A stretch of 64,000 nt of DNA. It comes from Synergistales bacterium (GTDB taxonomy: Bacteria; Synergistota; Synergistia; Synergistales; JAFGMB01). The position numbers and the translations under genes were made by a program. The notes beneath the pieces were generated by a model, which saw only the letters and a list, made by a program, of their open reading frames with translations, was not told the origin of the DNA and searched no databases. The DNA lies in NCBI GenBank assembly GCA_963666205.1, contig OY762654.1, positions 992,001 through 1,056,000 on the forward strand, in the 5' to 3' direction. How positions within the stretch are numbered: position 1 is the first letter of the stretch; each line of letters opens with the position of its first letter. Of this stretch, positions 30,487-40,538 are shown piece by piece.

Positions 30487-31203
30487 TTAACTTTCCCGGG
30501 CAATTTTGTTTCTGTAGACTTCGCTGGTAGTCCTGACTATATTTTCAAGGTGTTTCTCCATGATCCCTGATGCCTTTTCAGGATCTCCCCTCCTTACTGC
30601 CTCGAGGATCCGCCCATGGTAATCAAGGGTTATCTCTATCTGGCTGATCTTTTCGTATTGGCTCTCGTTCGATTCTTCCAGCAGTTCCCGGACAGGCTCG
30701 ATCATTTTTCGAAAAAAACTGTTCTGGCATGCTTCGGCAAGGGCCATATGAAAAGTGACATCAGCCTTAATGAATTTTTTTCTATCCCCCTGGTGTTTAA
30801 CCTCTTCATCGTAGATCTTTTCAAGGTATCTGATCTGTTCCGGCGATGCACGTTCTGCTGCCAGGGACACAATGGCGACTTCGAGAAATTTTCTGGCCTC
30901 AAGCAGTTCCATGAGGGTGAACTGTTTCAAGAGGTAGGAAGTTTTCACCTGGTCCGAAAGGAGATTTATATCCTGCATGAGGTATGCACCGTCGTTCATT
31001 CTTATCTCCAGGATCCCCATGTACTGAAGGGCTCTAAGGGCTTCTCTGACAGTTGCCCTGCTCACTGAAAAAAGATCTGCAAGGGCCCGTTCGGAGGGGA
31101 GTTTCTCCCCCGGGGTCAGATCACCTGCGGTTATACTGTTTTTGATCTGGTCTATTACCTGTTCGCATATGGTCTTTTTATTCACTCTCTCAAACATTGG
31201 CAT
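30487..31203 (-). CDS. GntR family (FadR subfamily) transcriptional regulator
   Basis: PGEKLPSERALA..FSVSRATVREAL wHTH and FCD domain (AD..FH, H..I..A). Confidence 0.93.
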   Translation of the reverse strand: MPMFERVNKKTICEQVIDQIKNSITAGDLTPGEKLPSERALADLFSVSRATVREALRALQYMGILEIRMNDGAYLMQDINLLSDQVKTSYLLKQFTLMELLEARKFLEVAIVSLAAERASPEQIRYLEKIYDEEVKHQGDRKKFIKADVTFHMALAEACQNSFFRKMIEPVRELLEESNESQYEKISQIEITLDYHGRILEAVRRGDPEKASGIMEKHLENIVRTTSEVYRNKIARES

Positions 31204-31245
31204 TTTTCTACACCTGCCTGCAGGATTTTACTGGTCTGCTGGACT

Positions 31246-31296
31246 ATTGGTCTTACCAATTAACTGAATGATATGACCCATCTCTATTCATGTCAA
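31246..31296 (-). promoter_or_regulatory. Sigma70 promoter with overlapping FadR-type operator
   Basis: Minus strand TTGACA(31296-31291)-17 nt-TATCAT(31273-31268); palindrome ATTGGT-CTT-ACCAAT at 31246-31260. Confidence 0.75.
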
Positions 31297-31487
31297 CTAT
31301 CTACCTTATCGCTCTGGAGAACACCCGGTTAAAGACACTGCTTCAGATACAGATAACCCCTTAAAGATCACATTTACTCATTCCTGCTTCCATTTTCCAG
31401 GATATTCTTGAATTTTTATCGTTTTAACTTGTCAGCGTAAATGTGGTAAGCTGATCTTACAGGAGAGATGCAGAAGGAGGCGATCCT

Positions 31488-31970
31488 ATGGAAGAAGGAA
31501 GTCAGGCCGGACCCGTAATAAAGGAAATAGCGGCTCTGCTGGAAAAACAGAAACTTGCCGTACTGGCCACCGAAGGAGAAGCTGGACCCTATACCAATAT
31601 CGTTTCTTACACTTTTTCAGATGATCTGAGAGACATATTTTTTGCTACCACCAGGGCCACAAGAAAATATTCCAATATAAGTTCCCACAACATGGTATCC
31701 ATGCTTGTCGATAATAGAACGAACACGGTTGACGACCTTTTTAAGGCAAAGGCAGTCACTGCCATCGGTAGATCAGAGGAACTCGGGGAAGAAGAAAAGG
31801 ATCTGGCCCTTTCCCTTATGACAGCAAGGCATCCCTACCTTGAAGATTTTCTCTCTTCTCCCACCACCGCAACCATAAAGATCCGTGTACACAGGTATAT
31901 CCTTGTGAGCCATTTCCAGAACGTCAGGGAAGTGATCTTTCATGATGAAAATGATAATACCCCTAGCTGA
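31488..31970 (+). CDS. Pyridoxamine 5'-phosphate oxidase-like (split-barrel flavin-binding) protein
   Basis: AVLAT...PY, FFATTRATRKYSNI, VSMLVDNR. Confidence 0.85.
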   Translation: MEEGSQAGPVIKEIAALLEKQKLAVLATEGEAGPYTNIVSYTFSDDLRDIFFATTRATRKYSNISSHNMVSMLVDNRTNTVDDLFKAKAVTAIGRSEELGEEEKDLALSLMTARHPYLEDFLSSPTTATIKIRVHRYILVSHFQNVREVIFHDENDNTPS

Positions 31971-34125
31971 GATAACAGCGGAAGATCGTCCCCTGACCGG
32001 CGGTAAGGCATGGGCTCTTTCAAGACTCCTTCAGGAAGGCATCAATGTACCTGAAGGTATATGCATCACATCCGAAGTCTACAGTCTGTTTATGGCTCAG
32101 ACAGGTCTTGGGGACATAGTTCAGCTGGAACTTAACAGAAAGTCCTTCGATGAGATGCGCTGGGAAGAGATCTGGGATGTGTCACTGAGGATAAGGAACC
32201 ATTTCCTCCGGGTGGAAATGCCTCCTGAGATAACATCACTTCTGGAAGAAAATATCCATTATTATTTCGGAACATCGCCCACCGTCGTCCGTTCTTCCGC
32301 CCCCTCTGAAGACTCTGCAGCCACTTCCTTTGCAGGTCTCCATGAATCAGTGGTCAATGTCAGGGGCGGGAAAGACATAATCGCTGCAGTAAGGAGGGTA
32401 TGGGCTTCCCTCTGGTCCGACGGAGCCATCCTTTACCGCAGGGAACTCGGCCTTGATGTACATAAAAGCACCATGGCTGTGGTTATACAGGAGATCATAA
32501 AAGGAGAAAGGTCCGGAGTCGCCTTTACCGAAGCTCCGGACAACAGCCGTAATTCCATACTCGAGGCAGTATGGGGGCTTAACCAGGGTTTTGTGGATGG
32601 AACGGTTGAACCTGACAGATGGTTCTTCCTGAGAGAAACAGGCAAAACCATATCCCATACCCCTCCTTCTCAGAGAGACAGGATAGTCATCCCCTCTGGA
32701 GATGGGACCATGATAATGACCCTTGATGACGAGAGGTCGAAGACACCCCCCCTTTCCGACGAAGAAGCAGAAAAACTTTTAAAACTGGGAATGAGGGTGG
32801 AGGATATTTTCCTTGCACCCCAGGACATGGAATGGACCATAAGAGCAAACAGGACCTATCTTCTTCAGTCAAGGCCTGTCACAACCATAGGCAAGGCTGG
32901 AGAAGACAGAAGGTCATGGTACCTTTCCCTCACCAGAAGCCTCGATAATCTCAGGGAACTTCAGGAAAAGATAGAAATGACTCTCCTTCCAGAGATGGAT
33001 GAAGACGCCCTGAAATTCAGGAGAATGGACCTGATCTCCCTTACAGATAATGAATTGTCACGTGAAATAACAGACCGTCTTTCAGTGTTGGAGAAATGGG
33101 AAAAGGTCTACTGGGATGATTTCATTCCCTTTGCTCACGGCGCCAGGCTCTTCGGACAGTTTTATAACGACAGGATCACCCCGAAGGACCCCTACGAGTT
33201 CGTCGATCTGCTTGCGGGTACCGAAATGACAAGTATCGCCCGAAACACAGTTCTGGAAGATCTGGCAGGGGAAATACGAAGGGACAGATCCCTCAGGGAA
33301 AAACTGGGTAAGGGGCTTGATATGCCGGCCCCCTTTCTGGCAAAGGTCCGGGAATTTGCATCTTCCTACGAAACCATACCTGGCTCATCAGAACCTGATG
33401 TCATCTCCGCAAGGATCATTCAGCTCCTCCTGGAAATGGCAGATTCCCAGCCTTCCTTCCATGAGGAGAAGGGAAAAAGGACTTCAGAAATGATGGACAG
33501 GTATCTTGCCGGCTTCCAGGGAAAGGAAAGACTTCTGGCACAGGATCTTCTGGAACTTGGAAGGGCAAGCTGGAAACTGAGGGACAACGACAACATATAC
33601 CTTGCAAGAATAAAGGTCGAGGTCGAGAGAGCTTCTTCAGAGGGTAAAAGAAGGATCCGGAACATGGGAAAGGATCCTGATCTTTACAGGGAACCTGGAG
33701 ATGTGGCCCGAGTCCTTGATGATCCGGACTACATGCCTCCTTCCCCGGAACCAAACCAGGATAATGGGGTCCCGGAAATTACTTCTGCCGTGGAGATAAG
33801 GGTAAGACAGGTGAAGGGACAGCCCGCCAGTCCCGGGATAGCAACAGGCACAGCCAGGGTGATCCGTCAGGATGGGGATCTCTTTGAATTTAAAAAAGGG
33901 GAGATCCTTGTCTGTGATGCCATAGAACCCAACATGACCTTCGTAGTTCCCCTTGCCTCGGCCATAGTGGAAAGAAGGGGGGGCATGCTCATTCATGGAG
34001 CCATAATAGCAAGGGAATACGGCCTCCCCTGTGTGACCGGAATACCCGGCGCCGTGGATATAATATCGACGGGAAAAAGGCTCACAGTTGACGGCCACCT
34101 TGGAATTATTATCATAGGGGATTGA
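31942..34125 (+). CDS. PEP-synthase/rifampin-phosphotransferase-like protein (ATP-grasp + helical + His-swivel)
   Basis: GGKA, VVRSSA..ED....SFAG, DMEW, LQSRPVT; C-terminal GGMLIHGAIIAREYGLP. Confidence 0.88.
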   Translation: MMKMIIPLAEITAEDRPLTGGKAWALSRLLQEGINVPEGICITSEVYSLFMAQTGLGDIVQLELNRKSFDEMRWEEIWDVSLRIRNHFLRVEMPPEITSLLEENIHYYFGTSPTVVRSSAPSEDSAATSFAGLHESVVNVRGGKDIIAAVRRVWASLWSDGAILYRRELGLDVHKSTMAVVIQEIIKGERSGVAFTEAPDNSRNSILEAVWGLNQGFVDGTVEPDRWFFLRETGKTISHTPPSQRDRIVIPSGDGTMIMTLDDERSKTPPLSDEEAEKLLKLGMRVEDIFLAPQDMEWTIRANRTYLLQSRPVTTIGKAGEDRRSWYLSLTRSLDNLRELQEKIEMTLLPEMDEDALKFRRMDLISLTDNELSREITDRLSVLEKWEKVYWDDFIPFAHGARLFGQFYNDRITPKDPYEFVDLLAGTEMTSIARNTVLEDLAGEIRRDRSLREKLGKGLDMPAPFLAKVREFASSYETIPGSSEPDVISARIIQLLLEMADSQPSFHEEKGKRTSEMMDRYLAGFQGKERLLAQDLLELGRASWKLRDNDNIYLARIKVEVERASSEGKRRIRNMGKDPDLYREPGDVARVLDDPDYMPPSPEPNQDNGVPEITSAVEIRVRQVKGQPASPGIATGTARVIRQDGDLFEFKKGEILVCDAIEPNMTFVVPLASAIVERRGGMLIHGAIIAREYGLPCVTGIPGAVDIISTGKRLTVDGHLGIIIIGD

Positions 34126-34316
34126 AAACGATCGTCAGTATACTTTCACTGGTTAATTTACCCCTATTGACAGATACCCTCCCATAGTGTTAGATACCCA
34201 CATCTGGTATCATGCCAGAACATTGGACCTTAAATCTTTCATGGAGCGTGACCTGCTGATGTTACGCTCTTCACAGCGCATTCATCCAAAGACAATTTTG
34301 AACAGGACGTGATCAG

Positions 34317-35531
34317 ATGCAGTCCGATCTTCTTTCCAGGTACGGGTCTATAGTCGGAGAAGAAGAGGTCCAGGAACTCTATGACCTGGCCGCTCCCTTC
34401 AGGGGAAAGGAAATAGTCCATGTAAATTCCACAAAACAGGGCGGAGGTGTAGCAGAACTTCTGAATAGTTTTGTTCCCCTCATGAATGAACTGGGTATGA
34501 GATGTTCATGGGAGGTAATGGAAGGGAACCAGGAATTTTACCATGCCACCAAGACCATACATAACGGTCTTCAGGGTAACCCCGTCGAATTCACCCATCT
34601 TATGAAGAATAACTTCGAGGAGACCGGCCGCCAGAATGCACAGAGGCTGAAAAGCAAGCTGGAGAACGCCGACCTGGTTATCATTCACGATCCTCAGCCG
34701 GCATCTCTACTGCATTTCTGTGACAACCGGAAGGGTAAATGGATCTGGCGATGTCATATAGACGCGGCTACCCCCCATCCCGAGGTATGGGATTTTGTGA
34801 ACGGATGGGTCGAGGGATACGATGCCAGTGTTTTTTCCATGGAAGAATTCCTGAAACCCATGGCCCATCACCAGAAGATCATCTGTCCCTCCATCGACCC
34901 CCTGAGCCAGAAGAATGCCATGATGGATTTTCTACTTGTAGCGAGGGTCTGCCGCGATTTCGACATAGACATATGCAGACCTGTCATTCTTCAGGTATCC
35001 CGTTATGACTACTTCAAGGATCCCATAGGAGTTATACGTGCCTATAGACTTGTAAAGAAGGAATTCCCCGATGTTCAGCTGGTCCTGGCTGGAGGCGGCG
35101 CCGATGACGATCCCGAAGGTCAGAAGGTGCTGGAGGAAGTCTACAGGGAATCTGGCGGAGATGAAGACATCCATATCCTCCTTCTGCCACCGGACGCACA
35201 TCTAACCATAAATGCCCTTCAGAGGGCGGCAACCGTGGTCCTGCAGAAATCTCTCCGTGAAGGCTTCGGCCTTACAGTGTCAGAGGCATTATGGAAGAGA
35301 AAACCCGTCATCGGAGGAGATACTGGAGGGATCCGCCTTCAGATAGATCACGAATATAACGGTTACAGGGTGAAATCCTACGTTGAAGCAGCCCAGCATA
35401 TATGTACCCTTCTATCATGTGTGGATACCAGGTGTCAGATGGGAGAAAGAGCCTATGAACATGTCAGGGAAAATTTCCTGGTGACTAAATCCCTCAGGAA
35501 ATGGATGAACTTTGCAGGCAGTCTCGCATAA
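34317..35531 (+). CDS. treT: GT4 glycosyltransferase, trehalose synthase TreT-like
   Basis: HVNST..GGGVAE, IHDPQP, WRCHID, PSIDPLS.KN, QKSLREGFGLTVSEA. Confidence 0.85.
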   Translation: MQSDLLSRYGSIVGEEEVQELYDLAAPFRGKEIVHVNSTKQGGGVAELLNSFVPLMNELGMRCSWEVMEGNQEFYHATKTIHNGLQGNPVEFTHLMKNNFEETGRQNAQRLKSKLENADLVIIHDPQPASLLHFCDNRKGKWIWRCHIDAATPHPEVWDFVNGWVEGYDASVFSMEEFLKPMAHHQKIICPSIDPLSQKNAMMDFLLVARVCRDFDIDICRPVILQVSRYDYFKDPIGVIRAYRLVKKEFPDVQLVLAGGGADDDPEGQKVLEEVYRESGGDEDIHILLLPPDAHLTINALQRAATVVLQKSLREGFGLTVSEALWKRKPVIGGDTGGIRLQIDHEYNGYRVKSYVEAAQHICTLLSCVDTRCQMGERAYEHVRENFLVTKSLRKWMNFAGSLA

Positions 35532-35548
35532 CAAAAAGGATCACTTAC

Positions 35549-35585
35549 AATACAAAGCCCGGTGTATAACCCCGGGCTTTGTATT
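35549..35585. terminator. Bidirectional terminator
   Basis: AATACAAAGCCCGG...CCGGGCTTTGTATT between convergent genes. Confidence 0.7.
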
Positions 35586-35608
35586 CTTCATTAATCAATT
35601 ACCGTTTA

Positions 35609-37297
35609 TCAGAGAGGTTCTTCATAGGTTGAAACTGTATTTTTCCCCTTTGCCTTGGACTGGTAAAGAGCCCTGTCGACCCTCCTGGTGAGCTGATCGA
35701 TGGTATCTTCCCGACTTAATTCCGCCGTGCCGAAACTGGCCGTCACTCCACAATCCAGTTCTTGAATTACTCTCCTGAGCTTCTCCGCAAGTTTCAGTGC
35801 ACTGGGCAGCCTCATGGGAGTAAGGATCATGAATTCGTCCCCTCCCCACCTGACAAGGTAATCAGATTTTCGAATATTTGCATTTACAGACTCGGCTACC
35901 CTTTTAAGGACCATATCTCCCGCCATGTGACCCAGGGAGTCATTTATATCCTTGTAATTGTCGAGATCGAACATTATGAGGGAAAGACATGTCTGGTATC
36001 TCCTGGCCTTATCTATCTCCCGCAGAAGAGTTTCTTCAAAATATGCCCTGTTGAAAATACCCGTAAGTTTATCCGTTCTGGAAGCCTTGAGAAGTTCCAC
36101 CGTGAGACGGTGGGCAGCCTCTTCAGCCAGTATTCTTTCCGTAATGTCATGAACTATGGAATAAAGGTATTTTTTCCCATCCATTTCTATGGGCCCTGTA
36201 TAGACCTCAACATCCCTTGTTTCTCCATTACTCAGCCGGTGCCTGAACTGAAAGAACTTCTGCTCTCCCGTCTTTGCCCTGGTCATAGCCTCCCGCTGAT
36301 CCTTTTCGGAAAGGGCATTGAGATCCCATCCTTTCATCCGGAGCATTTCTTTCCGTGAATAGCCATAATAACGGCAGGCCGCCGGATTCGCATCTTTAAG
36401 ATCTCCCTTTTCAGGATCGATAACAAGCATTACAGCGTGATTATTCTGAAAAAGATTCGCATAAAGCCTCTCCATGCTCTCGAGAGCATCCTGCGTCTCA
36501 AGTCTTCCTGAAATATCCCTGGCAAAGGAAATGATCCCGGCTCTGCCCTCCAGATCATAGGGCCTTATTTCAACCTCCACAGGGAAAACCTCACCGTTCC
36601 CTTTCCTGTGATAGATCTGTTCCACTACCCTTTTACCCGACCAGGCTTGACTCAGCATCTCCTTTAACAGCGGGTGGCATTCAGGAATTACTATGTCCAT
36701 TGCTGACATGGCCAGTAACTCATCCCTTGTGTATCCATAACGTTCACAGGCCGTCCTGTTAACTTCCATGATCTCCCCTGAAAGACAACCTTCTTTCAGG
36801 GTCTGGATAAAGATGGCATTATCGCTGTTATCAAAAAGCTCCTTGTATTTTTCCTTTTCCTTCCTTAGCCTGTCCTGTAGTATTTCCTGCTCGGTAATGT
36901 CCCTTGTAATTTCAATGACGCCCCATATGGATCCATCTTCCTCCGCCAGGGGAAAGGAGGATATCTCATTCAGTCTGGGTCCTTCAACACTGCTGCATTC
37001 CATGACAGCCCTCTCCATGATCCCCTTCTCCAGGCTGACGATACAGGGACATCCCTCACAGGGAGCACTTCTACCTTTGAAGACCCTGTAACATTTTTCT
37101 TTCTCGGGAACTTCAGCTAAGCCGTGTTTTTTCATGGATACCTGGTTCACCCTGATGACGTTAAAATCCCTGTCCATTACCCTTACACCATCATGCAGAT
37201 TATTGAGAAGAGTCTCTATAAGTAAACGTTGGGTAACCGGAATATTACCTTCCTGTTTCTCCAATTCCTTTATGTGAGATTTAATATCAGATCCCAT
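35609..37297 (-). CDS. Multi-PAS diguanylate cyclase
   Basis: Three PAS domains, RKSD I-site, RWGGDEF. Confidence 0.92.
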   Translation of the reverse strand: MGSDIKSHIKELEKQEGNIPVTQRLLIETLLNNLHDGVRVMDRDFNVIRVNQVSMKKHGLAEVPEKEKCYRVFKGRSAPCEGCPCIVSLEKGIMERAVMECSSVEGPRLNEISSFPLAEEDGSIWGVIEITRDITEQEILQDRLRKEKEKYKELFDNSDNAIFIQTLKEGCLSGEIMEVNRTACERYGYTRDELLAMSAMDIVIPECHPLLKEMLSQAWSGKRVVEQIYHRKGNGEVFPVEVEIRPYDLEGRAGIISFARDISGRLETQDALESMERLYANLFQNNHAVMLVIDPEKGDLKDANPAACRYYGYSRKEMLRMKGWDLNALSEKDQREAMTRAKTGEQKFFQFRHRLSNGETRDVEVYTGPIEMDGKKYLYSIVHDITERILAEEAAHRLTVELLKASRTDKLTGIFNRAYFEETLLREIDKARRYQTCLSLIMFDLDNYKDINDSLGHMAGDMVLKRVAESVNANIRKSDYLVRWGGDEFMILTPMRLPSALKLAEKLRRVIQELDCGVTASFGTAELSREDTIDQLTRRVDRALYQSKAKGKNTVSTYEEPL

Positions 37298-37499
37298 TTG
37301 CCCCTCCAGAATAGATTTATTTCTATCACAGCTAAAAGTATAGAGATTCCGGAAAGAGACCGTCGTTCCCTGTGAACCATAGTACAGATATCAATGGCAC
37401 CAAAGCATATGGGTCTTAAGAACTAAAAAAATCGGGACCCTTGTCAAAAAGAGGGGTCCCGGAACATTTTATATAAAAATACTGCTTAGGGGCATACTA

Positions 37500-39620
37500 T
37501 CAGGAAAGGATATACCTGTCCCCTCCCTGCTGCTTTGCAGCATACATGGACTTGTCAGCCCGCTCAAGAAGGGAACTCAGGGAATCTCCCTGGCGGAAAC
37601 CGGTCACACCCATACTGGCCGTGACACCAAGATCCGATTCCTTTATGATGATAAGCAGCTTTTTCGCCAGACATGAAGCACTATTCTCCGAAACAGGTGT
37701 AATTACCAGGAATTCATCCCCTCCCCATCTGCCGAAGAAATCGGAACTCCTGAGATTGGAGACACATTTCCTGGCGAGCAGCTTCAGGACTTCGTCTCCC
37801 CTGGAATGTCCGTAACGGTCATTTACTGCCTTGAATCCGTCGAGGTCGAACATTATCAGAGACAGTTCATCACCATAGCGTCTTGATTTGTTCAGTTCCC
37901 AGTGAAGTATCTCTTCCAGGTGTCTTCTGTTGTTTACTCCAGTCAGCTTATCAGTGGTGGAAATTGCCAGAAGTTCATCATTCAGTCTTCTCGCCCTTTC
38001 CTCTGCCCTTAATTTTTCTGAAATATCATGAACCATGAGAAGAAGAACAGACCTGTTATCAAAGAAAAGCTTTGTACTGTAGATCTCAACATTATGTACT
38101 ATTCCGGATGACGTCACATTTTCAAGATAAAAATGCTTTTTTGTCCCCAGATTTACCTGGTTCAGCTGATCGTAAGGGTCGCGACTATCTGTACCAGGTG
38201 TTATATCAGAGAACCTGCGTCCGATGAGGTCGTCATAGTCATACTCATAGAATGAACAGGCAGCCGGGTTAGCATCCCGGATAAGACCTGTTTCAGGATC
38301 CACGAGAAGCATAACTGCCTCATTTTCATGAAAAAGGCTTGCATAGCGGCGTTCACTATCTCTCAGAGTTTTTTCCGAAGACTTTCGTTCTGTAATATCC
38401 CTGATTATGGAAAGGACCGTGGCTTTGCCGTTAAGGTTGAAGAGATGAGCATTTATCTCTCCGGGTATTCTCTTTCCATTTTTGGCAAGGGCAGTCACTT
38501 CAGTCAGGGCCATCCCATTAAGCATCAGTTTTTCCCTTATTACGGCAACAGTATTTTCATGTTCAGGAACAAGGACATTGAGTGGAGTCAGTTCAAGCAG
38601 CTCTTCCCGTGTATAGCCGAGTAGCTGGCAGGCAATGTCGTTTGCCTCGATGAAGGTGCCTGCCTCGCCATCCTGGGAAATATGGTTCACAAGGATGGCA
38701 TCGGATCCTTTGTCAAAAAGGAGCCTGAACCGGGCTTCGTTCTCGGACAACTTTACCTGGAGATCCCTCATCATCCTTATCTGCCCCATGTTCCTTTTCT
38801 GGACAAGGAAGGTCAGCCCAAGGGTCAGGAGTACCGTAAAAGCAGCGAACCAGAGGGTGAACTTTCGGGCAAGGATCCTGCTGTAACTGTAAAGTTCCGT
38901 ACCCGGTATGGAGGCCCTGAGCAGAAGTCCGGATCCGGTAACTGCCCTGTAAAAGGCTACCACATCCTCATCCCCGTCTTTTTCTGCAACCATACTGCCA
39001 AGGTGCTGAAGAGCGTCTTCATAGACAGGATCATCCCTCAGGATCATACGGTAATGGATATTGTCTTTCCGGATACGGTCCAGAATAGAAGAGACATCGA
39101 AGATGACAAGGTCATAACCGAGAAGATCACCCCCCTCGTAAATGGGAGTGCAGATTCTGACAGCTGTTCTGTCACCATTCCGTAAATATTCAACAAGGGG
39201 CTCCCTGCATTCCACAGTCATGGAAGGCAGGGATGGAGGTTTCTCTCCGTAGCTTGCTATCCTGTTGCCGGCAATATACCTTCTGGCAAAGAGAGCACCC
39301 TTGAGAGACTCCACACCTTCCGTCCATCCTGGAGCAGAAAACTGAACAAGTTCTTCAAGAGATACCTCTCCCATAACGAAAGACCAGGCCTTCTGACGTA
39401 TGGCCGTCCTGCTTGAAAGGGTCTGGGTATTCTGGATGAAATCCTGGATGGAGTTGTCCAGGATTATGAGGGAATTCTCAACCTTACCTGCGAAATTCTC
39501 CTCCAGGCTCATCTTCAGCTCCACCTGAAGGGGCCGGTAAACAAGAAGAAGGGAAGACGAAAGAAAGATCATTACCAGTAAAAACAGATAAAGGGAAAAT
39601 CTGCGGCCCGATGTAAACAT
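37500..39620 (-). CDS. Membrane sensor PAS-PAS-GGDEF diguanylate cyclase
   Basis: Two TM helices flanking an extracytoplasmic domain, two PAS domains, RSSD and RWGGDEF. Confidence 0.92.
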   Translation of the reverse strand: MFTSGRRFSLYLFLLVMIFLSSSLLLVYRPLQVELKMSLEENFAGKVENSLIILDNSIQDFIQNTQTLSSRTAIRQKAWSFVMGEVSLEELVQFSAPGWTEGVESLKGALFARRYIAGNRIASYGEKPPSLPSMTVECREPLVEYLRNGDRTAVRICTPIYEGGDLLGYDLVIFDVSSILDRIRKDNIHYRMILRDDPVYEDALQHLGSMVAEKDGDEDVVAFYRAVTGSGLLLRASIPGTELYSYSRILARKFTLWFAAFTVLLTLGLTFLVQKRNMGQIRMMRDLQVKLSENEARFRLLFDKGSDAILVNHISQDGEAGTFIEANDIACQLLGYTREELLELTPLNVLVPEHENTVAVIREKLMLNGMALTEVTALAKNGKRIPGEINAHLFNLNGKATVLSIIRDITERKSSEKTLRDSERRYASLFHENEAVMLLVDPETGLIRDANPAACSFYEYDYDDLIGRRFSDITPGTDSRDPYDQLNQVNLGTKKHFYLENVTSSGIVHNVEIYSTKLFFDNRSVLLLMVHDISEKLRAEERARRLNDELLAISTTDKLTGVNNRRHLEEILHWELNKSRRYGDELSLIMFDLDGFKAVNDRYGHSRGDEVLKLLARKCVSNLRSSDFFGRWGGDEFLVITPVSENSASCLAKKLLIIIKESDLGVTASMGVTGFRQGDSLSSLLERADKSMYAAKQQGGDRYILS

Positions 39621-39841
39621 CCCTATCCTTCTCTCCGTATGAAAGTATGAGCAACCCCGTTGTTCCCCAGGGCACAGATGGAAAATATCAGGTTATTTAA
39701 AGGTTAGTTGATAAGAAAACAAGGAAATTCATCCTTCCTGTTATCAATAATATAACCTTAATCATCTTTTTTCCATAACGCACCATTTTGAACAAACTTC
39801 AGAGACCTCAAACCGGGCCGGAAATTTATGTCAGCCCTGTC

Positions 39842-40532
39842 CGGTAAACCGATTTTGGATTTTAGATTTTGGATTTTAGATTAGATCCATTGAGTTTCTC
39901 CGTGGTGAAAAGCTTCTGGTGCTGTTTTTTTCTTTTATCGTGCAAAATAGATCCATCATTTTGCACAGTAGAAAAAAGATTTGAGGGCTTCCTCTGCGAC
40001 CTCTGCGGTAAACCGATTTTAGATTTTGGATTTTAGATTTTGGATTAGATCCATTGAGTTCCTCCGTGGTGAAAGGGTTTGGGTCCTGTTTTTTTCTTTT
40101 ATCGTGCAAAATAGATCCATCATTTTGCACAGTCGACAAAGTGGCCTATTTCTTGATCTCCTAGACCCGCGAAGCGTCCGCCCGTCCCCGGTTTATTCAG
40201 TGGTTTTTGGCGGATCTGCGGTAAAACAGCTTTTGATTTTGACCTGGTTTCCCTCCGTGCTACTCCGTGCCCTCCGTGGTGAAACAGGTTTTTGGGTTTA
40301 CGGTTCTAATCGTGCAAAATAGGTCCATCATTTTGCGCAGCACACCATTGTTTATGTTTTACATCTGCGTTACTCTGCGCAACCTCAGCGCTGAAAGTCC
40401 GCCACTACTTGGGTCTAATGGTTTTATACGATGGTTTACGGCGGATCCTCTGCGGTAAACCGATTTTGGATTTTAGATTTTGGATTTTAGATTTTGGATT
40501 AGATCCATTGAGTTCCTCCGTGGTAAAACAGC
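39842..40532. repeat. Mosaic repeat block 1 (7-mer TTTTRGA arrays, 9-mer arrays, three TGCAAAA hairpins)
   Basis: Three copies of CGGTAAACCGATTTT(R)GA...TTAGATCCATTGAGTT; hairpins at 39940, 40104 and 40312. Confidence 0.9.
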
Positions 40533-40538
40533 TTTTTA

